64,000 nucleotides of DNA from Macrostomum hystrix (GCA_950097015.1 CATNEN010000038.1:25606001-25670000), one strand, 5' to 3'. Numbered from the stretch's first letter, positions 11,846-24,429 are shown. Notes: a model not told the origin generated them from the letters alone. Numbers and translations: made by a program.

Positions 11846-12045
11846 ACATTTTATATGTGCTACTGATTTTATTGAGACAAAAAAATAACAAAGACAAACA
11901 CGTGCCTTACATTTAGCTCAAATGCTAAATAGCTGCTATTACCTCATTTAAATTCAACAGGTGAAAAGCTGAATTCAGTCTAACAAAAATAAATAACCAA
12001 GCAAACAGCTAGATATAGTCTTTACTCGCAGATCATTGTCCAACT

Positions 12046-12276
12046 CTAAGCAATTTCATTAGCCGCTTTGATCTCAGAGTCAATGATATGAGCCAATGCG
12101 AATGAGCCGAGAAAGAATGCAGCACCCTTAACCATGGACCATTTCCACTGCTCAGTGTACCAGCTGAGCGCTGACTTCAGCCACGGATGCTTCGGCGGCT
12201 TCGGCGGCTGGCCGGGCGCTCCCTGCTGGGCGACCCGTGCCGCGGACATTGTCGAGGGAACTGGTGGTCGAAACAT
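12046..12276 (-). CDS. Small single-pass membrane protein, TOM6-like, 76 aa from the ATG at 12276
   Basis: GC-rich compact ORF with a Pro-rich N-terminus, WLKSALSWYTEQWKWSMVKG, and a C-terminal TM segment (AAFFLGSFALAHII) patterned like TOMM6. TTTCAG acceptor about 30 nt upstream. Confidence 0.6.
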   Translation of the reverse strand: MFRPPVPSTMSAARVAQQGAPGQPPKPPKHPWLKSALSWYTEQWKWSMVKGAAFFLGSFALAHIIDSEIKAANEIA

Positions 12277-12310
12277 CACGATAATTGGCGAGCTAGTTGA
12301 CTTGCTGAAA

Positions 12311-12675
12311 GGGGTTCGGTGGCAGAGCGGTTATCGCGTTTGCCTCTCGCACCACGGTCAATTCTATTCTAATTCCACGGCGAGGCCACATTTATTTGGG
12401 GCGCAGCCGCAGAAAGAAGGCTTGGGGCTTCTCGTGCAATTTACGCCCTTGAGGGCCAACCTCCAAGGCACAGTGAAATGTACACTGCCTGACGATGAGA
12501 AAGTCAGGGCAGATGTACACACCTGTGTAAGCGTATGCCTGCGTTCAGTATCTGTGTGCGTGTGTGCTCAGGAGTCAGCGAAATGGTCAGAATTGCCTCC
12601 TCGCTGGCTGCGGGTCTAGTGTCACCAAATGATGTGCCATTGCCCGCAGCCCTCCTGCAATTATTATTGTTATTA
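12311..12675 (+). mobile_element. Full-length tRNA-derived SINE (window family A)
   Basis: A-box TGGCAGAGCGG, a conserved body shared with about 9 other copies, a ccctcctgcaa(TTA)n tail, and a degenerate TSD (gacttgctgaaa / ggcttgatgaaa). Confidence 0.85.
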
Positions 12676-13344
12676 GGCTTGATGAAACCAAAGGTGCAAC
12701 ATGGTGTCTATCATTGAGTGTTCTCTTGTTACCTGCTATCTACACCTGGTGTCTATCAGTGTTCTATTACTGTTAACCTGGTGTCAAAGTGTTAAAATAA
12801 ATTATAGAAAAGACGCAAGACTAAAATATTTAACAATGTGCATACATAATTCACAGCCATCGATTTCACTCGTGTCTTAGCAGCGTCTTAAAAATCAATA
12901 AATCATGAGTAGTATAGAGAGAACATGTTAAATATAACGAATAAATATAACGAACAATGACACAGTTTCATTAAAAGTTTCGTTTTTAACTCATGCAAAT
13001 TGTAATCAACATTAATAAATACATTTTATAAAGACTGTTAAGAATATAAATGTCAATATAATACAGCCAAAGCTACTTATTTTAAGAAGGAAAATATAAA
13101 AAACGGACGGAAAATGTTAATTTTTACTCTATTCAAATAACAAAATTAACTAAACAGACGACAAAGAAAAAAAATTGAAGACTGATCGCTTCATAGTGTT
13201 CAAGGAATGGATAGTAATTTAGAAGAACTTCTAAAAAGACAAGAACATATTTTCCCCAAGAAAATTGTTGTAGAAATGCGTTTTTAAATAAGCAAAAACT
13301 AAGGAATGTGTTTAATTTCAAACATAGAAAGCAGGCGCCAACGA

Positions 13345-13830
13345 AGGGGTTGGTTGGCGGCACGATCAAAGGAAAGATAAGGTGGATTGTGGAAGGATGT
13401 GGTTGGTTGGCGGCACGATCAAAGGAAAGATAATGTGGATTGTGGAAGGATGGTGTTGGTTGGCGGCACGATCAAAGGAAGGATAGGGTGGATTGTGGAA
13501 GGATGGGGTTGGTTGGCGGCACGATCAAAGGAAAGATAAGGTGGATTGTGGAAGGATGGGGTTGGTTGGCGGCACGATCAAAGGAAAGATAGGGTGGATT
13601 GTGAAAGGATGGGGTTGGTTGGCGGCACGATCAAAGGAAGGATAGGGTGGATTGTGGAAGGATGGGGTTGGTTGGCGGCACGATCAAAAGACTGATAATA
13701 TGGATTGTGAAAGGGTCGGCACGATCAAAGAACTGATGAGGTGGACGGAGGGGGTTGGTTGGCCGCACGATCAAATAACTGATGATGTGGATGGAGGGGG
13801 TTGGTTAGCGGCACAATCAAAGCAAAAACC
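13345..13830. repeat. 53-bp G-rich tandem repeat downstream of ENKD1
   Basis: Unit ggggttggttggcggcacgatcaaaggaaagataaggtggattgtggaaggat. About 7 good copies plus degenerate ones. Confidence 0.9.
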
Positions 13831-13900
13831 AATGGGCAGGACGAATTACTAAGAAGTGTACCGCAACTACGAGTAAAACCTGCCTTATGAAACAATGTCA

Positions 13901-15400
13901 TCACTGATCAAGCCGGACGAACACTTTCGGCCTAGAGAACACTCGAACAGCTTCGTCTAACTCGGCTAGCTGACGCTCCAGTTCGTTTCGACGCTGACGG
14001 GCGCGCAAAGTGTCGGCGGTAATTGGCAGCCGATTGACTTCGCTGAGCAGCTGTGCCTGGGCATCTCGCAGCAATCCCAGAGTCTTCTGCCGCTCCGCCT
14101 CGTCCAGGCGTCTGTGACCCTGCGGCTGCTCCGGATCCGGCTGAGAAGCCAGCTCAGCGGCTCGAGCCTCGGACCACATCTGTCTACGCTTCAGCAGATA
14201 GTCGGGCAGCTCGCCGCGACGATAACTATCCGGCGGCGCAGCCGAAGACAATTGCGAATTGGCGCCACCGAGGCGACTGCGCGACGAAGCGGACGCCGAT
14301 GTTGGTCGACCCGCGGCGTTGGCGTTGGCGCGCACGAAGTCGATGTTGCTGCTAACCGGCGGCGTAGGCGGAGGTCGCGGCGGCCTTCCAGCTTTGTGCA
14401 CCTGCGGCGACGCATTGGCTGGCTAGTACTAATTAAAGTGGCCCTCAAGAAGGAAACAGTCTCAAAAGAGCGAACAGGTAATTTTGTGTCTTATGGTCTA
14501 AGATTCGAACAAAAAGACAAGAAACGGATGATGACAAACGGGTCAAAAGGTCATGAAAGAAACGGATCTGAATGACAAGAAAGAAACGGAACTGAAGGAC
14601 AAGAAAGAAGAACAAAAAAGACAAAAATAAAGAAAGACAACTCATGCTAGTCACACATTCATGCCTCACCGTGAGCTTGTGCTCAGGCGCTGTTCTTGGA
14701 AACGCGGGCACGGAATGATCGTCCAGCAGTGGATCGGGTCCGGTCTTCTCGTGGGCTCTCAGATAAGCTCCGGAATTCGGTCTCGAACCGGTGGCACTAT
14801 CCGGCCTATATCGATAGCGCTCCGGCACGTCAGTGTACACCCGCGGCGCCACGTGTGAGAACTTGGCTTCCCGCTGTTCTCGACTAGAATCGGCAGCCAG
14901 AGTCGGCGTGTCGGCGCCGCTAGAAGAGCCGCGGCGACTGCGAGCGTGGGCGCTATTTGAACGCAGTCGGCGAATGTTCTCGCGAACATAGTCGCGAGAC
15001 CCGTCTGAGACTGCGGGCGGAGGACTGCCTGAAGGGATTTCAGAACAGGCGAAAAGATGATTTTTCTGGTATCCGCGATCTGTCAAACAGATAACGATGT
15101 CAAACAGATGATATGCCAAATAGATGATGGGAAAGGCAGTTAGCGCGATTGATATAGAAATAGCAGACTGTCTCTAGAAACAATTACTTAGCATTGATAT
15201 TCAACGCTAGCTAGCTTACCTGCCCTACCCCAAGGCAGCGCAGAGGCGGTAGCAGCGGCTGCAGCGGCATCGGCAGCAGCAGCAATTCTGCGAATGCGAG
15301 CACTTCTGGCCTGATTATCCAGATCCTCATTAGCCTGGTAGAGAGCATGCGATGGTATGGGCCCAGATATGCCCGAGGAAACCCAACCGGATGTGGTCAT
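13901..15400 (-). CDS. ENKD1: Enkurin domain-containing protein 1, join(15400..15220,15028..14670,14401..13901), 346 aa
   Basis: N-terminal ISGPIP and RDYVRENIRRLR. Enkurin domain GELPDYLLKRR...PQGHRRLDEAERQKTL...VFSRPKVFV. GT-AG introns with consistent phases 1 and 0. Confidence 0.88.
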
Positions 15401-17146
15401 TGTTTGATTTCTAGCTGATGAATTAAGGCTGAAATAGTTAAATATTGAAATTTTGAAAGAATTCACAAATGTATAATAAAAGAAAGATTTTTATAAACTC
15501 TGTGTTAATATATTGAAATTGCTAGATTATAAACACTTAGTTACATTTAATAGCACTGACTAAAGTTCATTGTGGAAATTCACTAGATGCAAACTGTTTT
15601 CAGAGCAATTAAGAGCTGAAATTATAATAATGTATTATAGAAACTAAATATTTCTTCTTGCATTTTTGTTTATTGTATACTTGTAGCCATGTTTGACAAA
15701 ACAAATCTATCCTAATCAATACAACCCATGAATATATTAGTTTTTTAGCTGGAATGTCTAATGCATTGTGTGATGTCTGCACTTTAGGATGTCTATGGCC
15801 GCTCTAGTTGTAGATTTTGACTTTTGGACTGTGAAGCAATCCCCTTTTTGCCCCAAAGTGAAAGCTAGTGTATACCCACTAAGCAGCTGCAGTATATTTC
15901 TTCACAGTTAGGCTTTGAGCCTGTGTTTACTCTTACAATACTAATAAACATGCTCTGATAGACAACTTTGACAATCACATTATAATCATGTAAACTAGCC
16001 AACCTTAACAATGAAATGAACTTTATAATACATAATAGTTTTATAGTTGTAGGCCTTTATAATTTGATATTTGAACTTAAACTGAATCCAACCAGTCTAC
16101 ATATCAGCAAACTAAAGTCAAAATAGATACTAGGCCCCTATATACAAGACACTAATGGATATTAGGCCTATATTAGCATTTTGTAACTTTTATAATATGA
16201 AAATTAGCTGAATATCAGTTAGAATTAAAATTACCTAGCTTTCTAGCTAAGTAATATTGATTAATAACTCATAAGACTTTTATATTTTACTTGGACTGAA
16301 GGAATTTATAGCTAAATACTAGGCCTAGTTACCTACCATTTTTTAATCTATGGACTAGAAGTTAAATGCAACTTAGCAACCATTGTTTCATGAAAGCCTT
16401 GTCTGACTAAAAATTACTGGTATCAAGTCTAAAAAATATTATTATGTATTTTTCTTTATTATATATTTTAATTTTAAAATTCTAGCTAGGTACCAACATA
16501 AATATATACTGGCCTAACCTAATGCTAAACACTAATGTCTAGAGAATCAAGCTAAGGCCTAGGCCCTAATTCTACAATAATAAACTGGATAAGCTAGCTA
16601 GGCCCCATAGTATGGATCATTTAGTATATTCTGGTATGCATCAGTGTTGCCTGCCAAATTTGATATACATGGCTCACAAGCATGCAGTGCAGTGCATAAG
16701 TGCACTAGCTTCATATTAAGTTGACATTCGTCAGCCTAATATGACTTAAAAAATTTCAACCCATAACAATGCGAGTATCTAATTAGGAAAACTATGACCA
16801 AAGTTTGCAACAGAAGTTTCTAACTGTTTCTTTCCCAGAATCTGTGTTTTATGTATTGAGTTCAGCTTCGTGAAGTAGGGCCCACATATCGCTGAAAAGT
16901 TTTTCTATGAAGTCACCTGCCCATTATTCCTATTTAAATTAGCACACTTCCCGAAAATACTCGTAAATAAGCAAATTTTTTGATAAATAACACGTGCAAT
17001 CTCTTACTTGTACAAATATCAGTCAAGACATACATATTTTCTGCCAATTGTTTTATTTATTTTGATAAAAAATATAATTTAATAAAAATAAAATATAAAA
17101 TAAAAATGAAAGTAAACAAAACAAGTCAATAATTTTATTCAGTTGG

Positions 17147-17505
17147 CTGAGGGCAATGTCATGGCAAAAAGGGCATTTACGACACCAGACCTTCCGCCAG
17201 CGAGTTGAGCATTCTGCCCATTCCGTTGAATCCTGAGCACAGACGTACACAGATACCGCACGAAAGCAATATACGCTCCGCTCACTCAGGTGTGTACATC
17301 TGCCCCGGTACACTCATCTCACTCTCGTGAGGTGAGTGTACACTCACCTCACGTCCTCACCGTGCTTAAAATATTGACATTCAATGGAGTTAGTACGACA
17401 AGCTTTTAAGCCTTCTCTCCGTGGCTGCGTCGACATCGAATGTGGCCTCGCCCCGGAATCGAGCTCAGGCTTCTCGGTGCGAGAGACAGACGCGTTAACC
17501 GCTCA
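17147..17505 (-). mobile_element. SINE family A copy, interrupted and degenerate
   Basis: Reverse-complement matches to the head (gagctcgattcc B-box) and the 3' body. The centre is replaced by a palindromic insert. Confidence 0.7.
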
Positions 17506-17911
17506 CAAAGCTATAATTTACAAAAATTTAAAATTGAAAAATAGTAGCTTGATTGAAGATCATTTTTTCGAAAAAAATTTCAAACGTTTTTTTGCGTACT
17601 ATAGTTCATTTCTCAGTGTATTTCTTACAGAAATCTGGCAACAGGAATCAGAACCATAACTTTATCGTGAAATCAGAACTCGATGCGACGTAGAGAAATG
17701 TTGTCAAATTATAAACTGTCAAATGCAATGGCAAGCACTTAAAAAAACGTTAAGACGCGAAAATTTGAAACATTTTCATGCCTCTGCGCTTACGAGAAAT
17801 AGTTAAAGCATACTTGAAAAACTTTTTTTTATAAAATGCCTGACAGGTTTTATACTTTTTCTTGATAGCTTAATTTATTCGAGTACTGTAAATAGAATCA
17901 AAAGCTAGTAT

Positions 17912-20900
17912 TTAGTCACATTTAACCGACAACACTTGCACCACGGCATCCACCATTGATTCGTGCAGGCTGCATGCCTCATCGCAAGGCTCCAGTTTAA
18001 CTAGCCAATTGCTATTCAGACGATTCCAAAGCGTAGATTTTTTGGCTAGCAACGGCTTAGCAACCGACTCTTTTTCCTGGTCGCAATCTTTCAATTGAGG
18101 ATGGGTGAGCAGTGCCGAGTCAGCGAGTTGATAGTCGCCCCAATACCTGACAAAGGTGCACTGCTGAACATGCCGCTGTATATCGGCAAGCAGAAGCTCA
18201 TTGGCTGCTCGGTCCATCACGGACAAGCAGTCACTAGCCGCATCCCAGTGCCTATGATCCCACTGGAACTGCGGATAGTCCAGAGCTGCCGCCGACAGCG
18301 TGAATGCCGCCGCAGCTGCTGTCACCTCCGCATCGCCGAATCGCGCAGGGGAACACTTGGCTTGGCCTGGCAAACGTCGGACAATGTCTTCGACAAGGCT
18401 CAGAGCTTCTGGCGAGTCGGGGCAGAGTTGGGCGAAGTTCCACCGAGCTCGAATGGTCTGGAAATGTTAAATTATGGATCATTTAAAACTTCGCAGAAGA
18501 AACGAAAATAACTTTCAGGAATACTTTAGGTTTTAAAAACACAATGGGATATTTTGAAACTTTATGGAATATTTTGAAAACTCAATGGGATATTATGAAA
18601 ACTCAATGGGATATTATGAAAACTCAATGGGATATTTTGAAAACTAAATGGGATATTTTGAAAACTAAATGGGATATTTCGAAAACTCAATGGGATATTT
18701 CGAAAACTCAATGGAATATTTTAAAAAGTCAATGGGATATTTTGAAAACTCAACGGAATATTTTGAAAACTTATTGGGATATTTTGAAAAACTCGATGGG
18801 ATATTTTGAAAACTCAATGGGATATTTAACTCAATGTGATATTTTAAAAACTTAATGAGATATTTTGAAAACTCAATGGGATATTTTGGAAACTCAATGG
18901 GATATTTTGGAAACTCAATGGGATATTTTGGAAACTCAATGGGATATTTTGAAAACTCAATGGGATATTTTGAAAGCCGCACAGTAATATCGCACTAACC
19001 TTATCATACATGCGTCGGCGATCGAAGGCGTCAATGAGATTGCGCTCAGTCGCACACTCATCGAAGCTATCAGCATCCGGTTCTGAATCTGGGTCGCGCG
19101 CCTCATTCTTAACCAGCGAATCACACGCATTTGTCAGTTCTTTGGCTAGCAACCGATGCGCGTTCGGGTTGCCGGGAAATTTACTAGCATACTCCGTTAG
19201 CAAATGTTCCAGGCGTCTGAAACTGTGCTCTCGGCTAGACTCGGAGGCTGGCAAGTGACTACCATGGTAGCATCTTCTAGTGCTTGAAATCTTAGCAAAG
19301 CCTTGGACAAAGATATCGTAAATATCCGCTTCAGCATTGCAGGCTGTTGAATATTCGCCACTACTACTGCAAGTAGTCCAACTGGAAATGATATCAGGCA
19401 GATTGCTCAGATATTCTTCTGCTCTATTCAGGTGATAATCATCTTCAAATTGTCGACTGGCTATTTGAGATTGGCACAATGGATCGTCCGAGCTTTCCGT
19501 TGAATCGCGCTTTCTCTTTCTCTGCCTACTAGCGCCCATTGTTTGCTGCCAAGCGGCTAGCTGAGCCAAGCCAAGGTAGAGCTGACTCAAACGGCTACAG
19601 CGCAGAGACTCAGGTGACGCGGCCACACCCTGACGGCTGGGGTCGCGCACAGTGAATAGAGAAAACAGACTGTCCCATCGATGCTGGCTGGCGAAGTACA
19701 GTTGTACCTGACCAGTGGTTAGGCGAGTAACATTATTTTGAACCTGAGTCTATACTCAACCTGAGTCTATACTGAACATGAGTCTATACTGAACCTGAGT
19801 TTATAGTCAACCTGAGTCTATACTGAACCTGAGTCTATAGTCAACCTGAGTCTATACTGAACCTGAGTCTATACTGAACCTGAGTCTATACTGAACCTGA
19901 GTCTATACTGAACCTGAGTCTATACTGAACCTGAGTCTATACTGAACCTGAGTCTATACTGAACCTGAGTCTATACTGAACCTGAGTCTATAGTCAACCT
20001 GAGTCTATACTGAACCTGAGTCTATACTGAACCTGAGTCTATACTGAACCTGAGTCTATACTGAACCTGAGTCTATACTGAACCTGAGTCTATACTGAAC
20101 CTGAGTCTATACTGAACCTGAGTCTATACTCAACCTGAGTCTATAATGAACCTGAGTCTATACTCAACCTGAGTCTATACTCAACCTGAGTCTATAATGA
20201 ACCTGAGTCTATACTCAATCTGAGTCTATACTCAACCTGAGTCTATACTGAACCTGAGTCTATACTGAACCTGAGTCTATACTCAACCTGAGTCTATACT
20301 CAACCTGAGTCTATACTCAACCTGAGTTTATGAAATTCTGCTGAAATGGCATCTGGAGATCAGGGAATCTGCTTAAATGGTACCCGAGGATCTAGGAATC
20401 TTCCTAAATTGCACCTGGGGATCAGGGAATCTTCCTAAATGGTACCTGAGGATCTAGGAATCTTCCTAAATTGCACCTGGGGATCAGGGAATCTTCCTAA
20501 ATGGCACCTGAAGATCTTGGATTTCAATCCTATGGCCCTCACCTGCAGCAGCATATTCTGCTTGTCTGGCACTGTTAGGCGGCGCAAAGCGGCAATGAAC
20601 TGGTTGAGTAGTTGGTGCTCTGAATGTCTGGCTAGCAAATGCAGAGAGCAGCGCCACAGGATGGCAGGACAGGGCTTGCCGTGCATTATGTACCGCAGCA
20701 GCAACTTAGTAGCTCGACTGTACCTGCCTCTGTGCAGGTCGTCCACAATGCCCAGGACTAGCACGGCTGCGTGAGAGCACCTGAGGATGCGGGCGGGAAG
20801 ACTGTATATTAGAATTATGCGATATTGTGTGTTGGATTAACCAAATGGGATATTGTGTGTTGGATTAAACAAATGGGATATTGTGTGTTGGATTAACCAA

Positions 20901-21740
20901 ATGGGATATTGTGTGTTGGATTAACCAAATGGGATATTGTGTGTTGGATTAACCAAATGGGATATTGTGTGTTGGATTAACTAAATGGGATATTGTGTGT
21001 TGGATTAACTAAATGGGATATTGTGTGTTGGATTAACCAAATGAGATATTGTGTGTAGGATTAACCAAATGGGATATTGTGTGTTGGATTAACCAAATGA
21101 GATATTGTGTGTAGGATTAACCAAATGGGATATTGTGTGTTGGATTAACTAAATGGGATATTGTGTGTTGGATTAACCAAATGAGATATTGTGTTTTGGA
21201 TTAACTAAATGGTATATTGTGTGTTGGATTAACCAAATGAGATATTGTGTGTTGGATTAACTAAATGGTATATTGTGTGTTGGATTAACTTAGTGGGATA
21301 TTGTGTGTAGGATTAAGATAGTGGGATATTGTGTGTAGGATTAACGTAGTGGGATATTGTGTGTAGGAATAACATAGTGGGATATTGTGTGTAGGATTAA
21401 CGTAGTTGGATATTGCTTGTAGGATTAAACCAGTAGCATATTATGCGTAGGATATAGTCTTTGTGCAGTTGCCAACCTGGGCAGGAACCGCATATCTCCG
21501 GTGACATTGAGTCGAGCATAGTTGGAGCCGCCAAGCATCGGGTTGAGCATCTCGGATTTGCCGCATTCGCTGATGCCGCCAGAGCTAGCTAGCAGCAATG
21601 CCGCCGCAACCCTGCGAAGCCGACGAAGCCGAACCTCCCTGATCGACTCGTCATCCGCTACGGCGTCAACCTCGTCGGCACTGCCAGTGCCAGTCAACAG
21701 AAAGCGAGACCAAAGCCTCTCCTTCTGTTCTTCGAGTGAC
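17912..21740 (-). CDS. TAF1A: TAF1A (TAFI48, SL1/TIF-IB subunit)-like; exons ~21740..21477, 20780..20543, 19707..19000, 18457..17912; start codon unresolved
   Basis: LTEYASKFPGNPNAH resembles vertebrate LTNYAYDEKFPSNPNAH; also YDIFVQGF and ALDYP...W. GT-AG junctions keep frame (phases 2, 0, 0). Confidence 0.72.
18540..18975. repeat. 21-bp minisatellite in TAF1A intron 3
   Basis: Unit tcaatgggatattttgaaaac. Confidence 0.95.
19740..20330. repeat. 17-bp minisatellite in TAF1A intron 2, followed by a ~31-bp repeat at 20335-20520
   Basis: Unit gaacctgagtctatact. Second unit approximately atcagggaatcttcctaaatggcacctgagg. Confidence 0.95.
20820..21428. repeat. 28-bp minisatellite in TAF1A intron 1
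   Basis: Unit gggatattgtgtgttggattaaccaaat. Confidence 0.95.
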
Positions 21741-22104
21741 TTAAATTGATTTTTATAACACGGAATATAAATTCAGGGCCCTGATTTGCTCATTTATAAC
21801 TTCGCTAGTTTTATTAGGGTTATTGTTATCATTCGGTAACATCATTCGGTTATTGCTTTAATAATTTCTTGAATATTTGTAAAAGTTTGCTGTTAAAAGA
21901 AGCGAAAAACAAATAGGCTTGCTAGATTAATAAGGAAGATATTTTTTCTTAAAAAGATTTATTAACTTAAAAACACTTCCGCAGAGCAAACTTTATAAAA
22001 AACTAGAAAATTACAACGAATGTACATTGAGATTAAAGAGATCCAGTATTGGATCTAAGGGAGAATGCATTGGAGATAAATACTCAAAGTTAACTTGCAG
22101 TGAA

Positions 22105-22545
22105 GAGTACATTTAGGGGTAGAGAGGTCTAGGGTTGGCTTGAAATTAGTGTATATTTAGGGGTAGAGAGATCTAGGGTTGCATGGCTTGTAACTAGTGT
22201 ACATTAGGGGTAGAGAGATTTAGGGTTGCATGGCTTGTAACTAGTGTACATTTGGGGTAGAGAGATCTAGGGTTGCATGGCTTGTAGCTAGTGTACATAA
22301 GGGGTAGAGAGATTTAGGGTTGCATGGCTTGTAACTAGTGTACATTTGGGGTAGAGAGATCTAGGGTTGCATGGCTTGTAACTAGTGTACATTAGGGGTA
22401 GAGAGATCTAGGGTTGCATGGCTTGTAACTAGTGTACATTTGGGGTAGAGAGATCTAGGGTTGCATGGCTTGTAACTAGTGTACATTTGGGGTAGAGAGA
22501 TTTAGGGTTGCATGGCTTGTAACTAGTGTACATTTGGGGTAGAGA
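22105..22545. repeat. 47-bp intergenic minisatellite
   Basis: Unit tttggggtagagagatctagggttgcatggcttgtaactagtgtaca. Confidence 0.95.
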
Positions 22546-22680
22546 ATATAGTTAATGTACAGCGATTTCACATCAAGCTATTCGGTCAAAAGGAAAAAAT
22601 TGTTTTCGCGGCAAGAAGCATTCTTTTTAATTGCTAAATAAACATGTATATTGTACACAAATTTTGTACACACTCCTCAA

Positions 22681-24072
22681 TTAATCTGTTCCCTCCATCA
22701 TCTGTTGAATGACATGCCTTAGCACCACTTTGTAGTCTCGACTGTACTGTACTGTCGAAACTTTACGACGCTTTCTAGAAGCTCGCTGCGCCGTCACCGA
22801 AGTGGAACCAAGAGAATCAGCTCCTTTATTAGACAACGACAAGCTAGACATCCTGGCTTCTTTCCGAATTCGCTTCAATCTTTTACGAACCTGACGCTCA
22901 GTAGCTGCGATGGCTTCTTCAGCATCCGTGGTCGAAGACGCTTCGATTGGCGGTAAGGACGAAGCTTGCTGGGGCATTGTTGGCTGCACTTCGGTCTTTC
23001 CTGCCAGTGTCAAGCCGGCCTCAGTCCAGCCCAACTGTTCTAGAGCTGAATGAAACAGAGATTCGCATTCTTTCACTAATTTAGACAACTCAATCGCTTC
23101 AGGTGTGGCGTGCTCAAGCAGTGATTGCTGGGATGCATGCTGCTTCGGCTGCTGCTCCTGGAAGATTTGTTTCAGTAGCAACGAGAAATTAACAATTGCC
23201 GACAAATGCTTAAGCTAAAATATAAAATGGCAGCTGCGATTCTGACTGCTAACCCTGCTGCGATTCTGACTGCTAACCCTGCTGCGATTCTGACTGCTAA
23301 CCCTGCTGCGATTCTGACTGCTAACCCTGCTGCGATTCTGACTGCAAACCCTGCTGCGATTCTGACTGCTAACCCTGCTGCGATTCTGACTGCTAACCCT
23401 GCTGCGATTCTGACTGCTAACCCTGCTGCGATTCTGACTGCAAACACTGCTACGATTCTGACTGCTACCCCTGCTGCGATTCTGACTGCTAACCCTGCTG
23501 CAATTCTGACTGACTGCTAACCCTGCTGCGTTTCTGACTGCTAACCCTGCTGCGATTCTGACTGTCAACCCTGCTGCGAGGATGACTGCTAAAACCCCGC
23601 TGCGATTCTGACTGCTAACCCTCCTGCGATTTTGAAGATATAAACATCTGATTTAAAAAAAATGAATTTTTTTTCAGTAGTCTCCATTTTTTCATTCTAA
23701 GAATTGATGTTAGTAAAAACTGCCAAAAAGGCACAATAGAAAACTATTTTACTGGTATGTACTTTTAACTGTCGCACAAAAAATTCCAGACGACACTACT
23801 ACTAGTAAGTAGCTCGTACCTTAAAAGCTCAAAGAGCAACTGGACAGATAAAAAACTTTTGGACGGAATGTGAAGCAAGAAAAAACGTTACAAAATCATT
23901 GAAATTTCAAAGAACAATGCGCTGCACCATTGCTTACTTCGAAGTACTTTTGTGGAACAGCAATACAAACAGATGCAACAAACTCGGGTAGAAAAAAGTT
24001 AACATTTTAGAAAATTTAACTTTTTAAGCAAGGCAAAAATGCTTTTAAACTAACTGCCAGTTCCGATTCCAT
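22681..24072 (-). CDS. SNRNP48 (U11-48K)-like protein; probable join(24072..24055,23157..22681), about 164 aa
   Basis: ELSKLVKECESLFHSALEQLGW and RKRRK...DYKVVLRHVIQQMME resemble the N-terminal helix (ending LGW) and C-terminal KRRR...YTEVIRDVI..HME of SNRNP48. Exon 1 (MESELA, GTTAGT donor) is tentative. Confidence 0.55.
23230..23632. repeat. 24-bp intronic minisatellite
   Basis: Unit ctgctgcgattctgactgctaacc. Confidence 0.95.
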
Positions 24073-24429
24073 TGAAGCGTAAATTAAAATGATTACTACA
24101 TTTTTCTATTGTTTGTTTTAGGTTGGAAAAACAAAAATATGGCAAACAGCGATTTGTTTTTTATTTAGAAAATCGGTTAAACCGAGGTTACACTTGAGAA
24201 TGAAAATGAAGATAAAGATTTTCAAGGAATTCGGGTTAATTTGGCTGAGCTATTTAGAAAGTAGGTAAAAACAGAAGTCTGGGTTATTATTTATAAAATA
24301 ATATTCAATAATTGAGACGGTTTGGGATCACAGATTTGAAAGTTGGGATTTTAGACCATTTGGAGACTTTAAGGAGCTTGGAATGTCAGTTAGGGATTTC
24401 ATGTAGTTTTGGGCGATAAGACAGGCTAG

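Noticed and set aside
12489-12506. CTGACGA..GAAA hammerhead-like or SECIS-like motif in the SINE
   Set aside because: There is no room for stem II, the motif sits inside a plain hairpin, and there is no opposing GA quartet for a SECIS.
12595-12608. GCCTCCTCGCTGGC, matching the HDV genomic ribozyme P3/L3
   Set aside because: There is no upstream P1 strand, no GG for P1.1 and no J4/2-P2 arrangement. The flanks pair in simple SINE hairpins.
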